Positions 16,472 to 27,049 of a stretch of DNA of 64,000 nucleotides are shown here, piece by piece. The notes under the pieces are model-generated. The model had not been told where the DNA came from. It ran no database searches and was given only the letters and a program-made list of their open reading frames with translations. The position numbers and the translations under genes are program-made. Location of the stretch: positions 1 through 64,000 of the IMG/VR virus record IMGVR_UViG_3300025450_000020; one strand, written 5' to 3'. Positions within the stretch are counted from its first letter, which is position 1; every line of letters begins with the position of its first letter. Source of the DNA: a virus.

Positions 16472-17842
16472 ATGACAACTAATACTATGGTGGCGATTCA
16501 GACAATTACTGCATCATCTCAATCAGCAGTTTCGTTTACCTCAATTCCTTCCACTTACACCGACCTTCATATTGTTGCGGTAGGCACCAGCAGTACTGCT
16601 GGTTCTTCTGTCAACTATTGGCGTATGACTTTCAATGGCGATAGTAGTAGTGGGTTGTATTCAGATACTTATTTATACGGAAATGGTTCGTCTGCTGCGT
16701 CTAGCCGCGATACTGGCGGCAATTTTATGTACCTTGGCTATGTTGGACAAACATCTAATACGGCTCAACCTATTAGCACTTTTGACATTATGAACTATGC
16801 CAACAGCACGACATATAAAACTGTTCTTGCTCGTGGAAGTGCCGCATCAGACAATGTTGGCGCAATGGTCGGACTTTGGCGAAATACAAACGCTATCAAC
16901 CGCGTAGATTTGTTTATGTCTAGTGCAACAGTTAGCGGAACCTTTACCCTTTACGGTATAGCTAACGCTGACATTGGCGCTTACGCTACTGGTGGAATTA
17001 TTACCCAAGATTCTACTTATTACTATCACGCGTTTGGTAGCTCAGGCACATTCACTCCTTCCCGCAATTTGACGGCTGATATTTTGGTTGTTGCAGGTGG
17101 TGGTGCAGGTGGAGCAGCTGCAGCTGCTGGTGGAGGAGGTGCTGGTGGCATATGGATGGCTAGTTCACAATCTTTATCAAGTGGAACTAACTATACCTGC
17201 ACCGTGGGTGCAGGCGGGGCTGGCGCAAGTAATACTGTAGGTGGAAATGGAGGCAATTCAACCTTCGGAGCTATTTCTGGAACTATATATGGTGGTGGTG
17301 GCGGCGCAGGCCAAAGTGTTGTTGCATCTTCTGGAGGTTCTGGTGGTGGAGCAGCCTATACAAATCCTTCTTCTGTAGGTTCTGGAACATCAGGACAAGG
17401 AAATGCTGGAGGCACTGGGCATAATTTTAGTCTTGGCGCAGGCGGCGGCGGCGGAGGCGGCGCAGGTGGTGTAGGACAAAACTCTGCAACTAATGACCCA
17501 GGACCAGCTGGAGCTGGAGGCGTAGGCGCTGGAGGTACATCATGGTCATACACAGGCATTGCAAACCCATACCTATATCTTGATGCAATGGGAGCTGCAA
17601 CTTCTACAGGTCAAATTTATTCTGGCCATTACTACTACGCAGGCGGCGGTGGTGGCGGAGTTGATCAAGCTGGATCAGATATTCCTGGCTCCGCTGGTAT
17701 AGGCGGCGGCGCAGCTGGAAGTAACGCTGCTGGAATTGCTGCAACCCAGTTTACAGGTGGCGGCGGCGGAGGCGGCGGTCATCAGGTGGGATCAGGCGGT
17801 AATGGCGGTTCAGGAATAGTAATTGTGAGGTATGCAAAATGA
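16472..17842 (+). CDS. glycine-rich virion protein, class B copy 1
   Basis: IP.TYTDL N-domain + ATGG..YH.F + VVAGGG Gly-rich domain ending GSGIVIVRY. Confidence 0.85.
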   Translation: MTTNTMVAIQTITASSQSAVSFTSIPSTYTDLHIVAVGTSSTAGSSVNYWRMTFNGDSSSGLYSDTYLYGNGSSAASSRDTGGNFMYLGYVGQTSNTAQPISTFDIMNYANSTTYKTVLARGSAASDNVGAMVGLWRNTNAINRVDLFMSSATVSGTFTLYGIANADIGAYATGGIITQDSTYYYHAFGSSGTFTPSRNLTADILVVAGGGAGGAAAAAGGGGAGGIWMASSQSLSSGTNYTCTVGAGGAGASNTVGGNGGNSTFGAISGTIYGGGGGAGQSVVASSGGSGGGAAYTNPSSVGSGTSGQGNAGGTGHNFSLGAGGGGGGGAGGVGQNSATNDPGPAGAGGVGAGGTSWSYTGIANPYLYLDAMGAATSTGQIYSGHYYYAGGGGGGVDQAGSDIPGSAGIGGGAAGSNAAGIAATQFTGGGGGGGGHQVGSGGNGGSGIVIVRYAK

Positions 17843-19269
17843 CAACAGCGGGTAATTATGTTTTGTTAGAAAGAGTGACAGTAGGAGCTGCTGGCGCATC
17901 TAGCGTCACCTTCAACAACATACCTCAGACTGGTTATACGGATTTGAAAATCGTATTATCCGCTCGCTCTACCGCTAATGGTGGACAAAATGTTAACCTT
18001 AATTTTAATGGCATAACTTCGGGATATAGCGATAAAATTTTAGGTGGAACTGGTTCGGCTGCATCTTCTTTTCCTTCTGGAAATACCACCAAAGGCGGTT
18101 CTTGCGTAATTCCTGGAGCCGATTTTACTCTCAACACTTTTGGCAATGGTGAAATTTATATTCCTAATGCTTTTGGAAATACGGCAAAAAGTTATTCTTC
18201 TGACTCGGTAAGCGAAAATAATGCAACTCTTTCGTATGCCCAAATGCAAGCAACCTTATGGAGCTATACAGGCAATCCAGCCATTACAAGTATTTTAATT
18301 ACTTTATCAAGCGGTAACTTTGCCCAATACTCCACCTTCTCTCTCTACGCCCTAGCCGCAGTAGGCACTACTCCTACTAAAGCTCCGAAGGCATCAGGTG
18401 GAGATATTGTTCAATATGACGGTACATATTGGTATCATGCATTTATTAATTCGGGAAGTTTTATTCCACAGATCCCGCTTTCTTGTGATGTGCTAGTCGT
18501 TGCTGGTGGTGGTTCGGGTGGCGCTGGAACTGGTGGCGGTGGTGGAGCTGGTGGTTTGCGTTTATTAGCTAGCCAAGGTTTTGCACCAAATACTGCTTAC
18601 ACTTGCACGACTGGCGCTGGCGCTGCTTCTGTTACTGGAAGCGCACACGGTAATAATGGAACTAACTCCAGCCTTATTGGAGGTTCTATTTCTATCAGCG
18701 CAACTGGTGGTGGCGGTGGAGCTGCCGAAAATACGAACAACGCTCAAACAGGTGGTTCTGGTGGTGGCGGAAGCTACAACGGTTACAACGGAGCTGCTGG
18801 TAACGCTGGTTCATATTCGCCAGTTGAAGGTTATGCAGGTGGTGTTGCTTCCGCAACCTACAACGGCTCTGGTGGTGGTGGAGCTGGTGGAACTGGTTTT
18901 GCATCAACAACATCAGGCTCTACTGGAGTTGGTGGTGTGGGCGGTGTAGGTGCTGGCGGAACTTCATACACTAATTACGCAATTCTTGATGCTATGGGCG
19001 CGGCTACTACAACTGGCGTACTTTCGTCATCTCACTATTACTATGCAGGTGGCGGCGGTGGTGGTGGACAGTATTCAACTTCGCCATATACAGGACAAGG
19101 TGGAGCTGGCGGAACTGGTGGTGGCGGAACTGGCGGTGCTTACAATCCAGCAACCGCAGGAACCTCAGCACTTGCCAATACAGGCGGTGGCGGTGGCGGA
19201 GGCGGAACAAACTCAAACACCTCTGGAGCTGGCGGTTCAGGTGTAGTTATAGTACGCTATCTAGCTTAA
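17839..19269 (+). CDS. glycine-rich virion protein, class C copy 1
   Basis: TFGNGEIYIPN...DSV.EN N-domain + Gly-rich domain. Confidence 0.85.
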   Translation: MTTAGNYVLLERVTVGAAGASSVTFNNIPQTGYTDLKIVLSARSTANGGQNVNLNFNGITSGYSDKILGGTGSAASSFPSGNTTKGGSCVIPGADFTLNTFGNGEIYIPNAFGNTAKSYSSDSVSENNATLSYAQMQATLWSYTGNPAITSILITLSSGNFAQYSTFSLYALAAVGTTPTKAPKASGGDIVQYDGTYWYHAFINSGSFIPQIPLSCDVLVVAGGGSGGAGTGGGGGAGGLRLLASQGFAPNTAYTCTTGAGAASVTGSAHGNNGTNSSLIGGSISISATGGGGGAAENTNNAQTGGSGGGGSYNGYNGAAGNAGSYSPVEGYAGGVASATYNGSGGGGAGGTGFASTTSGSTGVGGVGGVGAGGTSYTNYAILDAMGAATTTGVLSSSHYYYAGGGGGGGQYSTSPYTGQGGAGGTGGGGTGGAYNPATAGTSALANTGGGGGGGGTNSNTSGAGGSGVVIVRYLA

Positions 19270-19320
19270 ATTAAAATATGATTATATTAATTAACTTGAT
19301 ATAATTAGCAGGGAGATAAA

Positions 19321-20334
19321 ATGACAAAATCTAGAGATTTATCTAATTCGGGACGTAGCATTGGAACAACATCCAATCGTCCCGCTTCTCCCTTTGTTGG
19401 ACAAGAGTATTATGATACAACTTTAGGTCAATTATTAAATTATACAGTTCAAGGAACTTGGGTTGCAGTTGGAACAGCTGCACCAAATGCAGTATCTGTA
19501 AACTATCTTGTAGTAGCAGGTGGCGGCGGTGGTGGTTACAACCGTGGTGGCGGAGGTGGAGCTGGTGGATTACGTTCAACCGTTACTGCAACTGGAGGCG
19601 GAGGCTCTTTAGAATCAGCACTTCCTTTAACTATTGGCACTTCATACACAGTAACTGTAGGCGCAGGAGGTGCTGGAGCAATTCAAGTTTCTCCATATAC
19701 ACCAGCGCAAAATGGTTCTAACTCTGTATTAGCAACAGTTACTTCCACTGGAGGCGGCGCTGCTGGTGCTGGCACTACTGCTGGTTCTAACGGAGGCTCT
19801 GGAGGTGGCGGCGGTGGTAATGGTGCCCCAGGTGCTTCAACAGCATACGTTTCTGCTGGAACAGGAACAAACAATCAAGGTTATGCTGGAGGACAAGGCG
19901 CAAACTCTGGTGGCGGTGGCGGTGGTGCAGGTCAAGCAGGATATTCGGTATCTAGTCAAACAACAACAGTGGGCGCTAATGGAGGTAGCGGTGTAGCAGT
20001 TTCAATTACTGGTTCATCTGTAACCTATGCGGGCGGCGGAGCGGGCGGCGGAGAATCTGGCTCACCAACAGGTGGTTCAGGCGGCGGCGGAAATGGCGGA
20101 AACAATAACGGTACTAATTCTTATGGATCTGCTGGAACTGCTAATTTGGGTGGCGGTGGCGGCGGTGGTTCTGATGGTCAATCAACAAACTATTATGGTG
20201 GAAATGGCGGCTCTGGAGTTGTTATTATTTCTGCACCTCAAGCTGCTGCATCTACAACAGGTTCACCAACTGTAACAACATCAGGTTCTAATACGATTTA
20301 CAAATTCACTGGTTCAGGGAGTATAACCTTCTAA
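19321..20334 (+). CDS. glycine-rich virion protein with MTKSRDL / RP.SP.VGQEYYDTT head
   Basis: ORF track; paralogous Gly-rich domain. Confidence 0.85.
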   Translation: MTKSRDLSNSGRSIGTTSNRPASPFVGQEYYDTTLGQLLNYTVQGTWVAVGTAAPNAVSVNYLVVAGGGGGGYNRGGGGGAGGLRSTVTATGGGGSLESALPLTIGTSYTVTVGAGGAGAIQVSPYTPAQNGSNSVLATVTSTGGGAAGAGTTAGSNGGSGGGGGGNGAPGASTAYVSAGTGTNNQGYAGGQGANSGGGGGGAGQAGYSVSSQTTTVGANGGSGVAVSITGSSVTYAGGGAGGGESGSPTGGSGGGGNGGNNNGTNSYGSAGTANLGGGGGGGSDGQSTNYYGGNGGSGVVIISAPQAAASTTGSPTVTTSGSNTIYKFTGSGSITF

Positions 20335-21374
20335 TGTCTAACGCTAGAAATATTGCTAATAATGGGGGAGTTGGATCAACATCTAACCGTCCCGCCAATC
20401 CATATGTAGGACAAGAATATTACGATACCACAGTTAATGCAATTGTGGTTTGGAATGGAACTACTTGGGGCGGATTATTTCCAGCTTTTTATCCAGTCGT
20501 TACTGGCGGCACTATTTTTTCAGATGCAACTTATTATTACCGTGCTTTTACTTCTACTGGTACTTTATCTGTTTCTAACGTAGCTTTAGCTGCCGATGTT
20601 TTAGTAATTGCTGGTGGCGCAAGCGGTGGTTATAACATAAATCAAGCCAATGGTGGTGGCGGAGCTGGTGGTCTTAGATTATTAGCTTCTCAATCATTGC
20701 CTGTTAACACTTATACTTGTTCAGTTGGTGCGGGTGGCGCTTCGGTTTCATCAAGTCCATCTATGGGTAATAACGGAACTAACTCATACATTAGTGCAAG
20801 CGGTTTCTCTACTATTACCGCTTCAGGTGGTGGCGCAGGTGGTTACGGAACTACCAACAACGGTTTATCTGGTGGTTCAGGCGGTGGTGCTGGTTCTGGT
20901 GGACACAGTGGCGGAGCAGGAAACACTGGTGGTTATACCCCCGTTGAAGGATATGCGGGCGGTACATCTTCAGCAGTTCAAGCTGGTGGTGGTGGTGGTG
21001 GCGCAGGCGGAGTTGGCGGCAACGGTGGTTCAGGCGGCGGTGCATACGGCGGCAACGGTGGCGTAGGTGCTGGAGGAACTGGATACACAAATTACGCAAT
21101 TCTTGACACTATAGGTGCTGCAACATCAACAGGCGTTCTTTCATCTTCGCATTATTATTATGCAGGTGGTGGCGGAGCTTCTGCTGATAGCGGTTCAACT
21201 GGTGGACTTGGCGGTGGCGGCAATGGCCCTAGCGGTTCTGTTACATCAGCAAACGCAGGTTTAACTAATACAGGCGGCGGCGGTTCTGGTGCTTTTGGTA
21301 ATTCAACACCATCGGGTGCTGGCGGTTCTGGTTTAATTGTTGTTCGTTACACTAGAACTCAGGTAGGTGGATAA
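20334..21374 (+). CDS. glycine-rich virion protein with MSNARNI / RP.NP.VGQEYYDTT head
   Basis: ORF track; TAATG coupling. Confidence 0.85.
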   Translation: MSNARNIANNGGVGSTSNRPANPYVGQEYYDTTVNAIVVWNGTTWGGLFPAFYPVVTGGTIFSDATYYYRAFTSTGTLSVSNVALAADVLVIAGGASGGYNINQANGGGGAGGLRLLASQSLPVNTYTCSVGAGGASVSSSPSMGNNGTNSYISASGFSTITASGGGAGGYGTTNNGLSGGSGGGAGSGGHSGGAGNTGGYTPVEGYAGGTSSAVQAGGGGGGAGGVGGNGGSGGGAYGGNGGVGAGGTGYTNYAILDTIGAATSTGVLSSSHYYYAGGGGASADSGSTGGLGGGGNGPSGSVTSANAGLTNTGGGGSGAFGNSTPSGAGGSGLIVVRYTRTQVGG

Positions 21375-21802
21375 TGGCTATTAATTTTCCTTCATCTCCA
21401 ACAGTAAACCAACAATATACGTATAATGGTTTAACTTGGTATTGGACTGGACAAGTTTGGAAATCTCTAGGAACTGTTCAGGGCGTACAAGGCACACAGG
21501 GTGTGCAAGGTTTTGGATATGCCCAACTTCAAGGTGTTCAAGGACTTCAGGGTTCTGCAGGATATGTTGGAACAAATGGAGCACAGGGTACACAAGGTAT
21601 ATCAGGATTAACTGGTAATTATCAATCAATTCAGGGATCGGGAATTTCTGTTACAGCCCGCCCAGTTATAAACTTTTTAAATGCAACAGTAACTGATGAT
21701 TCTGCCAATAACCGAACAAATGTTACAATTGCAACAGCGATAGATGGCGGAAGTTCCAATAGTACATATGGAGGAGCCATAAGCGGAGGTAATGCAATAT
21801 AA
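21374..21802 (+). CDS. short collagen-containing virion adaptor protein
   Basis: MAINFPSSP..W.W.G.VW head, QGxQG block, IDGG tail. Confidence 0.75.
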   Translation: MAINFPSSPTVNQQYTYNGLTWYWTGQVWKSLGTVQGVQGTQGVQGFGYAQLQGVQGLQGSAGYVGTNGAQGTQGISGLTGNYQSIQGSGISVTARPVINFLNATVTDDSANNRTNVTIATAIDGGSSNSTYGGAISGGNAI

Positions 21803-22626
21803 TGGCAGTCTTACAGATTCAACTACGTCGTGACACAGCATCTAACTGGACCACTAACAACCCAACCCTTGCTCAGGGCGAGTTTGGATATGAGACTGAT
21901 ACTGGTTTGCTAAAACTTGGAAATGGCGGTACTGCCTGGAACTCCCTAGCATATTTTGGCGGTAGTTCAGGATATTCATCTACAGCTACAGCAGCAGGTA
22001 CAACAACACTTACTGTTAATAGCAATTCAAATCAATTTTTTACAGGTTCTACAACCCAAACAGTTGTTTTGCCAGCTGTAAGTACTTTGCCTTTAGGTAA
22101 GCAATATACAATTTATAATGCAAGTACAGGTGTTGTAACTGTTCAATCATCAGGTGCAAATACTATTTTTGCACAACCAGCAGGAACTGCATTTACATAT
22201 ACAAGCATAGCAACATCTGGAACTGGAACATCTTCATGGTCAGCATATTATGACGGTAACTTTTCAGGAGTAACGGGAACGGGAGCAGAAGTTCTTGCTA
22301 CAAACCCAGTACTTACTGGAACAACACTTACTGGTGCATATTCTGGAGCATATACCGATGGTGTAGTTGTAGATTATGTCACGGGTAATGGACGCATATC
22401 TGTAGGTACTGGCGATGGAGTAACTTTTTATAATAATACAGACAGCTCTCGTTCACAAATTTTTGGAATTAGCTCTACTGGAGGATTAACAATTCTTGGT
22501 AGCGTAACGGCAAATAGCTCAACTGGAACTAGTGGACAAGTTCTTACATCAACTGGAACTGGTGTTCAATGGGCAGCAGTTGCAGCAGACCCTACACCTA
22601 CAGTATTTATGTTAATGGGTGCATAA
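21802..22626 (+). CDS. tail-fibre-like protein with Mtd/hyaluronidase-type N-terminal domain
   Basis: IQLRRDTASNW...NP.LAQGE.GYETDT...K.G.G...W..L.Y. Confidence 0.8.
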   Translation: MAVLQIQLRRDTASNWTTNNPTLAQGEFGYETDTGLLKLGNGGTAWNSLAYFGGSSGYSSTATAAGTTTLTVNSNSNQFFTGSTTQTVVLPAVSTLPLGKQYTIYNASTGVVTVQSSGANTIFAQPAGTAFTYTSIATSGTGTSSWSAYYDGNFSGVTGTGAEVLATNPVLTGTTLTGAYSGAYTDGVVVDYVTGNGRISVGTGDGVTFYNNTDSSRSQIFGISSTGGLTILGSVTANSSTGTSGQVLTSTGTGVQWAAVAADPTPTVFMLMGA

Positions 22627-22657
22627 TGAATTTAAATTTTAGAAAAGGAGATAAATA

Positions 22658-23023
22658 ATGGCAACAGCATACAAGGTATTAGGCATGACAGGTGCGGCTG
22701 GAGCAACAGGAAATGGTGCCCAGCAATTAGCAGCAGCAAATACAAACTATAATCTTTATACAGTACCTTCAGCAACATCTACTGTAGTTTCAACTATAAC
22801 TGTTTGTAATCAAGCTTCAACTGCAGCTACATTTAATATATTGGTAAGACCTGCAGGTGCAACTGCAGATACCCGCCACTATATTGCATATGGTACACCA
22901 ATTGCGGGGAATGACACAATAGCCCTCACATTAGGTATTACCCTAGCTACAACAGATGTAATTACAATCAATTCATCAACAACTACTCTTTCATTTGCAG
23001 CATTTGGATCAGAGCTATCATAA
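22658..23023 (+). CDS. small virion protein, class S copy 2
   Basis: LYTVPS...VVSTITVCN...SF.AFGSE. Confidence 0.8.
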   Translation: MATAYKVLGMTGAAGATGNGAQQLAAANTNYNLYTVPSATSTVVSTITVCNQASTAATFNILVRPAGATADTRHYIAYGTPIAGNDTIALTLGITLATTDVITINSSTTTLSFAAFGSELS

Positions 23024-23034
23024 AGGAGTAATTA

Positions 23035-23598
23035 ATGTCAGTTAGTAGATTCTCCAGACAGAGTGTTCAAGCGGGTTTTCCAAAACAGCAAAATGTTTGG
23101 GATGGGTTAACACAGCCGTCTGCTATGGATGCTTTAAGCGCTATTACCCTTGGTTCGTCTCAAAACAGCATCAACTTTAACAACATACCGCAAACATACA
23201 CCCATTTACAGTTGCGTGGAATTGTTCAAATCTCAAGCGGAGCAGCACAAATAACCTCTAACTTTAACAACGATTTTTCTTCCAGCTACTTTTGGCACGA
23301 GTTAGTGGGCGACGGTGGCAGTACTTCAGCAGGATATTCAGCAGACACATCTATGAGAACAGTCTATTGCAACTCATCAAGTAACGTATACTCTGTTTTC
23401 ATCATTGACATACTAGACTATTCAAATGTAAACAAAAATACAACACTAAGAACATTAACTGGGATAGATACAAACGGCGGTGGTCAAGTAAAGCTCTTGA
23501 GTGGTTTGTGGAATAACACTGCTGCTGTCACTTCCTTTACTATGGCAGGAGCCACGTTTATACAGTATTCTTCCTTTTCTTTGTATGGGATTAAATAA
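23035..23598 (+). CDS. virion protein, class A copy 2
   Basis: MDAL, IPQTYTHLQLR, IIDILDYSN.NKNTTLR. Confidence 0.8.
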   Translation: MSVSRFSRQSVQAGFPKQQNVWDGLTQPSAMDALSAITLGSSQNSINFNNIPQTYTHLQLRGIVQISSGAAQITSNFNNDFSSSYFWHELVGDGGSTSAGYSADTSMRTVYCNSSSNVYSVFIIDILDYSNVNKNTTLRTLTGIDTNGGGQVKLLSGLWNNTAAVTSFTMAGATFIQYSSFSLYGIK

Positions 23599-24984
23599 AT
23601 GGCTAATTATGTACCTTTACAGTCAGTATCATTAGCCAGTTCTGCAGCAAGTGTTACGTTTAACAACATTGACCAAACATACACGGATTTAATTTTGACT
23701 ATCAACGCTTCCGTAGTTACTGGCAATGGTTACACGATTCGTTTTCAAGTAGGTAATGGAAGCATTGATAGTGGTGCAAACTACTCTTGGACACAACTTA
23801 TTGGTGATGGCTCTTCAATATCTTCAGGACGTAACAGCTCCTCCAATCCGCAAAACCAGTACATGTATGGTGGCAGAGCTGATAACCTTCCTAACTTTGG
23901 AACCACAACTGCACACTTTATGAGCTATACCAACCCGAACATCTACAAATCTGCTCTCATTAGAGGTGGAGTGGGAACCGTAAGAGGCGGAGTTACAGTG
24001 AATTTATGGCGTTCAACTTCTGCCATTAATACCATAACGGTGTCTAACGAAGCAGCAGTCAACTTTGCTGCAGGTTCTACTTTTTCTCTGTACGGTGTCA
24101 GTCCAGTGAACGCTAAAATCGCTCAAGCATCTGGCGGTACTAGCATCTATTACGACTCCTCGTATGTTTACCACGTGTTTGCTGGTACTGGAGTATTTGT
24201 TCCAAATAAAAACCTTACTGCTGACATTTTAGTTGTCGCTGGTGGTGGCGGAGGAGCTGGTGGTGGCGGTGGCGCAGGCGGATTAGTTGGTTCTGGTTCA
24301 TACTCTCTTACTTCGGGAACAAGCTATTCTTGCATTGTAGGTGCAGGAGGCTCCTTGGGTGGTAACGGAAACAACATCGGTTCAAGCGGAACTAACTCTC
24401 AATTTGGGTCCATAACTGCCGCTGTTGGCGGCGGAGCTGGTGGAGTTAACGGGTCAACTGCCGTTGCTGGAGGCTCAGGTGGTGGAGCTGGACTAAACGG
24501 AGACTACAGCGGTCACCCAGGAGGAACTGGTACTGCTAATCAAGGTTACGCTGGTGGAACCGACTTGAACACTACCTACGTACCTGGTGGTGGTGGCGGT
24601 GGTGCTGGCGGATTAGGCGGTAACGCTATAAGTGGTGTTGGCGGAGGACTTGGCGGTGTTGGAGCTACGTACAACACTCTTATTGGGGGTACAGCAGGTC
24701 CTTACTCGTTTATTGACCCCATGGGTGCTGCAACTGGTTACGGACAACCTTCTTCTTCTCACTACTATTTTGCAGGTGGTGGAGGAGGTGGAAGCAATGG
24801 AGGAGCTTCCGCAGCAGGTGGGCTAGGAGGCGGAGGAACTGGCTACGGAGCTAGCAACGTCAACGGACTTCCTGGAACCACCAACAGTGGAGGTGGAGGT
24901 GGAGGAGCTAATAACAATGGTTCAGGCCAAGGTTGGGGAGGCTCTGGAGGCTCTGGAGTTATTATTGTGAGGTATGCACGCTAA
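23599..24984 (+). CDS. glycine-rich virion protein, class B copy 2
   Basis: Paralogy with 16472 and 27049. Confidence 0.85.
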   Translation: MANYVPLQSVSLASSAASVTFNNIDQTYTDLILTINASVVTGNGYTIRFQVGNGSIDSGANYSWTQLIGDGSSISSGRNSSSNPQNQYMYGGRADNLPNFGTTTAHFMSYTNPNIYKSALIRGGVGTVRGGVTVNLWRSTSAINTITVSNEAAVNFAAGSTFSLYGVSPVNAKIAQASGGTSIYYDSSYVYHVFAGTGVFVPNKNLTADILVVAGGGGGAGGGGGAGGLVGSGSYSLTSGTSYSCIVGAGGSLGGNGNNIGSSGTNSQFGSITAAVGGGAGGVNGSTAVAGGSGGGAGLNGDYSGHPGGTGTANQGYAGGTDLNTTYVPGGGGGGAGGLGGNAISGVGGGLGGVGATYNTLIGGTAGPYSFIDPMGAATGYGQPSSSHYYFAGGGGGGSNGGASAAGGLGGGGTGYGASNVNGLPGTTNSGGGGGGANNNGSGQGWGGSGGSGVIIVRYAR

Positions 24985-26366
24985 TGAACGAGACACTAAC
25001 TAAGCTACAGACTATTACCGTTGGTTCTGGTGGTGCTTCATCCGTTACTTTTTCAAACATACCTCAAAACTACACAGATTTAGTCATTAAGTATTCTGCT
25101 CGTTCAAACGGAACATCCAACTACTGTGATGGCTTTTTGCTAAGTTTAAATGGGATAAGCACTGGACAAACTGGGAATGCTCTTTACCAATGGTGGGGCT
25201 CACATACTGCAAGTGACCCTTCATTTGAAGCGTATCTCGCTAACGCAAATACTACTGCGGGTACTTTTGGAAATGGAGAAATTTATTTTTCAAACTACTC
25301 AGGTAGTAATTACAAAGCTTATTCTGCAGATTCAGTCACAGAAAATGGTGCAACATACAGCTTTAATGTACTATCAAGTGGGATTTGGGCAAACACCTCT
25401 CCAATTACCTCTATAACCTTAACTGTTTCCAATTCATTCCAACTTGTTCAGTATTCCACGCTTACTCTATACGGCGTAAAAAATATGGCAACAGTACTTG
25501 GAAACTCTATTAAAGCTACTGGTGGAACTATTACAACAGATGGTACTTATGTTTACCACACGTTTTTATCTACTGCCACATTTCAACCTACTACAAAACT
25601 TGTAGCAGACGCTCTAGTTATTGGTGGTGGCGGAGGAGTAGAAAACAGCGCACGTTTTGGTGGCGGAGGTGGTGCTGGTGGCCTTGTTTATCTGCCTTTT
25701 AGTACTTTTACTTCAGGAACATCTTATGTTTGCACTATAGGTGCTGGAGGAGCAACTAGTTCTACAATCTCTGCTACAAACGGAACATACTCTCAAATCG
25801 GCTCCTTGTTACAGGCTGCAGGAGGAGGCGGAGGCTCCACTGTAGGTGTTGGTCAAAATGGAGGTTCTGGTGGCGGTGGTGCTCAGGGGTCTGCTGGAGG
25901 CTCCGCTTCCCCAGCAGGACAAGGAAATGCTGGTGGAGCTGGTTGGTCAAGCACAAACAGAACTGGTGGAGCAGGCGGTGGCGCAGGCGCAGTAGGTGGA
26001 GCAGCAACTGCTAGTTATGGTGGCGCTGGTGGAAATGGCTCCTCTGCATATAGCACATGGGGTTACGCAACTAACACGGGACAAAACGTAAATGGTGTCT
26101 ATTACTATGCTGGTGGCGGAGGTGGCTCTGCTTACGAGTACAGCGATTCTCCTGGAGCTGTTATAGACGCAGGCGGCGGCGGATACGGTGGCGGCGGAAA
26201 AGGCGCCTATTACAGAACGGATTCTGGAGGAAACCCCACATCTAATGCTATTGCAGGAACTGCGAACACTGGAGGTGGTGGCGGAGGAAATGCTTGGGGA
26301 GGCGCAAACGGTGCCGCTGGATCTGCTGGTGGTTCTGGACTTATCATTGTTCGTTATAAGGCTTAA
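24984..26366 (+). CDS. glycine-rich virion protein, class C copy 2
   Basis: Start moved to ATG 24984 (TAATG); TFGNGEIY...DSVTEN. Confidence 0.85.
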   Translation: MNETLTKLQTITVGSGGASSVTFSNIPQNYTDLVIKYSARSNGTSNYCDGFLLSLNGISTGQTGNALYQWWGSHTASDPSFEAYLANANTTAGTFGNGEIYFSNYSGSNYKAYSADSVTENGATYSFNVLSSGIWANTSPITSITLTVSNSFQLVQYSTLTLYGVKNMATVLGNSIKATGGTITTDGTYVYHTFLSTATFQPTTKLVADALVIGGGGGVENSARFGGGGGAGGLVYLPFSTFTSGTSYVCTIGAGGATSSTISATNGTYSQIGSLLQAAGGGGGSTVGVGQNGGSGGGGAQGSAGGSASPAGQGNAGGAGWSSTNRTGGAGGGAGAVGGAATASYGGAGGNGSSAYSTWGYATNTGQNVNGVYYYAGGGGGSAYEYSDSPGAVIDAGGGGYGGGGKGAYYRTDSGGNPTSNAIAGTANTGGGGGGNAWGGANGAAGSAGGSGLIIVRYKA

Positions 26367-26407
26367 TATAATTAAAATGGTAAAATTAAAGGGCGGGAGG
26401 TAGAAAA

Positions 26408-27049
26408 ATGTCATTTAAACATCTAAATGGTGCAGGTATATATGGATCTAAGTCTTTAAAGCTATGGGATCAAACTACCGTACAGAACGATTTTCAGTCT
26501 ATTGCTACTGTTGTAGTTCCTGCTGCTGGTCAAGCAAACATTACGTTTAGCAATATTCCGCAAAACTTTACACACTTGCATCTACGCATCAGTGCACGAA
26601 GTGATAACGCATCTGGTACAGATGCTTGTTCTATTTATATGCAGCTAGGTAACGCTGGAACTATTGACTCTTCAGGGAGTCACTACTCTCAACATCAATA
26701 CACTGCATATACGGGCGCAGGAAATGGCTGGCAAGCGGGTGGCTCTGGAAGCTTAAACGCTTCATATATTGGACTTGCAACTTCTGCTGGGCAAGGGGCA
26801 AACATTTTTGGAGCCAATATAATTGATATTTTAGACTACTCAAACACTAGCAAATTTAAAACTATGCGCTCTCAATTTGGAGTAGAAACAAATAGCTCTA
26901 GTTATTGGAATTACACAGGCGTAGATACAGGCTCTTGGCAAAGCAATAATGCAATTACCGACATCAAGCTTTATCTTAATGACGGCTCTGCAAGAAACTT
27001 TACTCAGTATTCCCAAGTAGCTTTGTACGGAATAAAGGTATCTTCATAA
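26408..27049 (+). CDS. virion protein, class A copy 3
   Basis: IPQNFTHLHLR, IIDILDYSNTSKFKT.R. Confidence 0.8.
   Translation: MSFKHLNGAGIYGSKSLKLWDQTTVQNDFQSIATVVVPAAGQANITFSNIPQNFTHLHLRISARSDNASGTDACSIYMQLGNAGTIDSSGSHYSQHQYTAYTGAGNGWQAGGSGSLNASYIGLATSAGQGANIFGANIIDILDYSNTSKFKTMRSQFGVETNSSSYWNYTGVDTGSWQSNNAITDIKLYLNDGSARNFTQYSQVALYGIKVSS

Noticed and set aside
21802-22626. Diversity-generating retroelement suggested by the Mtd-like N-terminus
   Set aside because: Only the structural N-terminal domain is similar; no reverse transcriptase or adenine-specific TR/VR pair was seen in the window.
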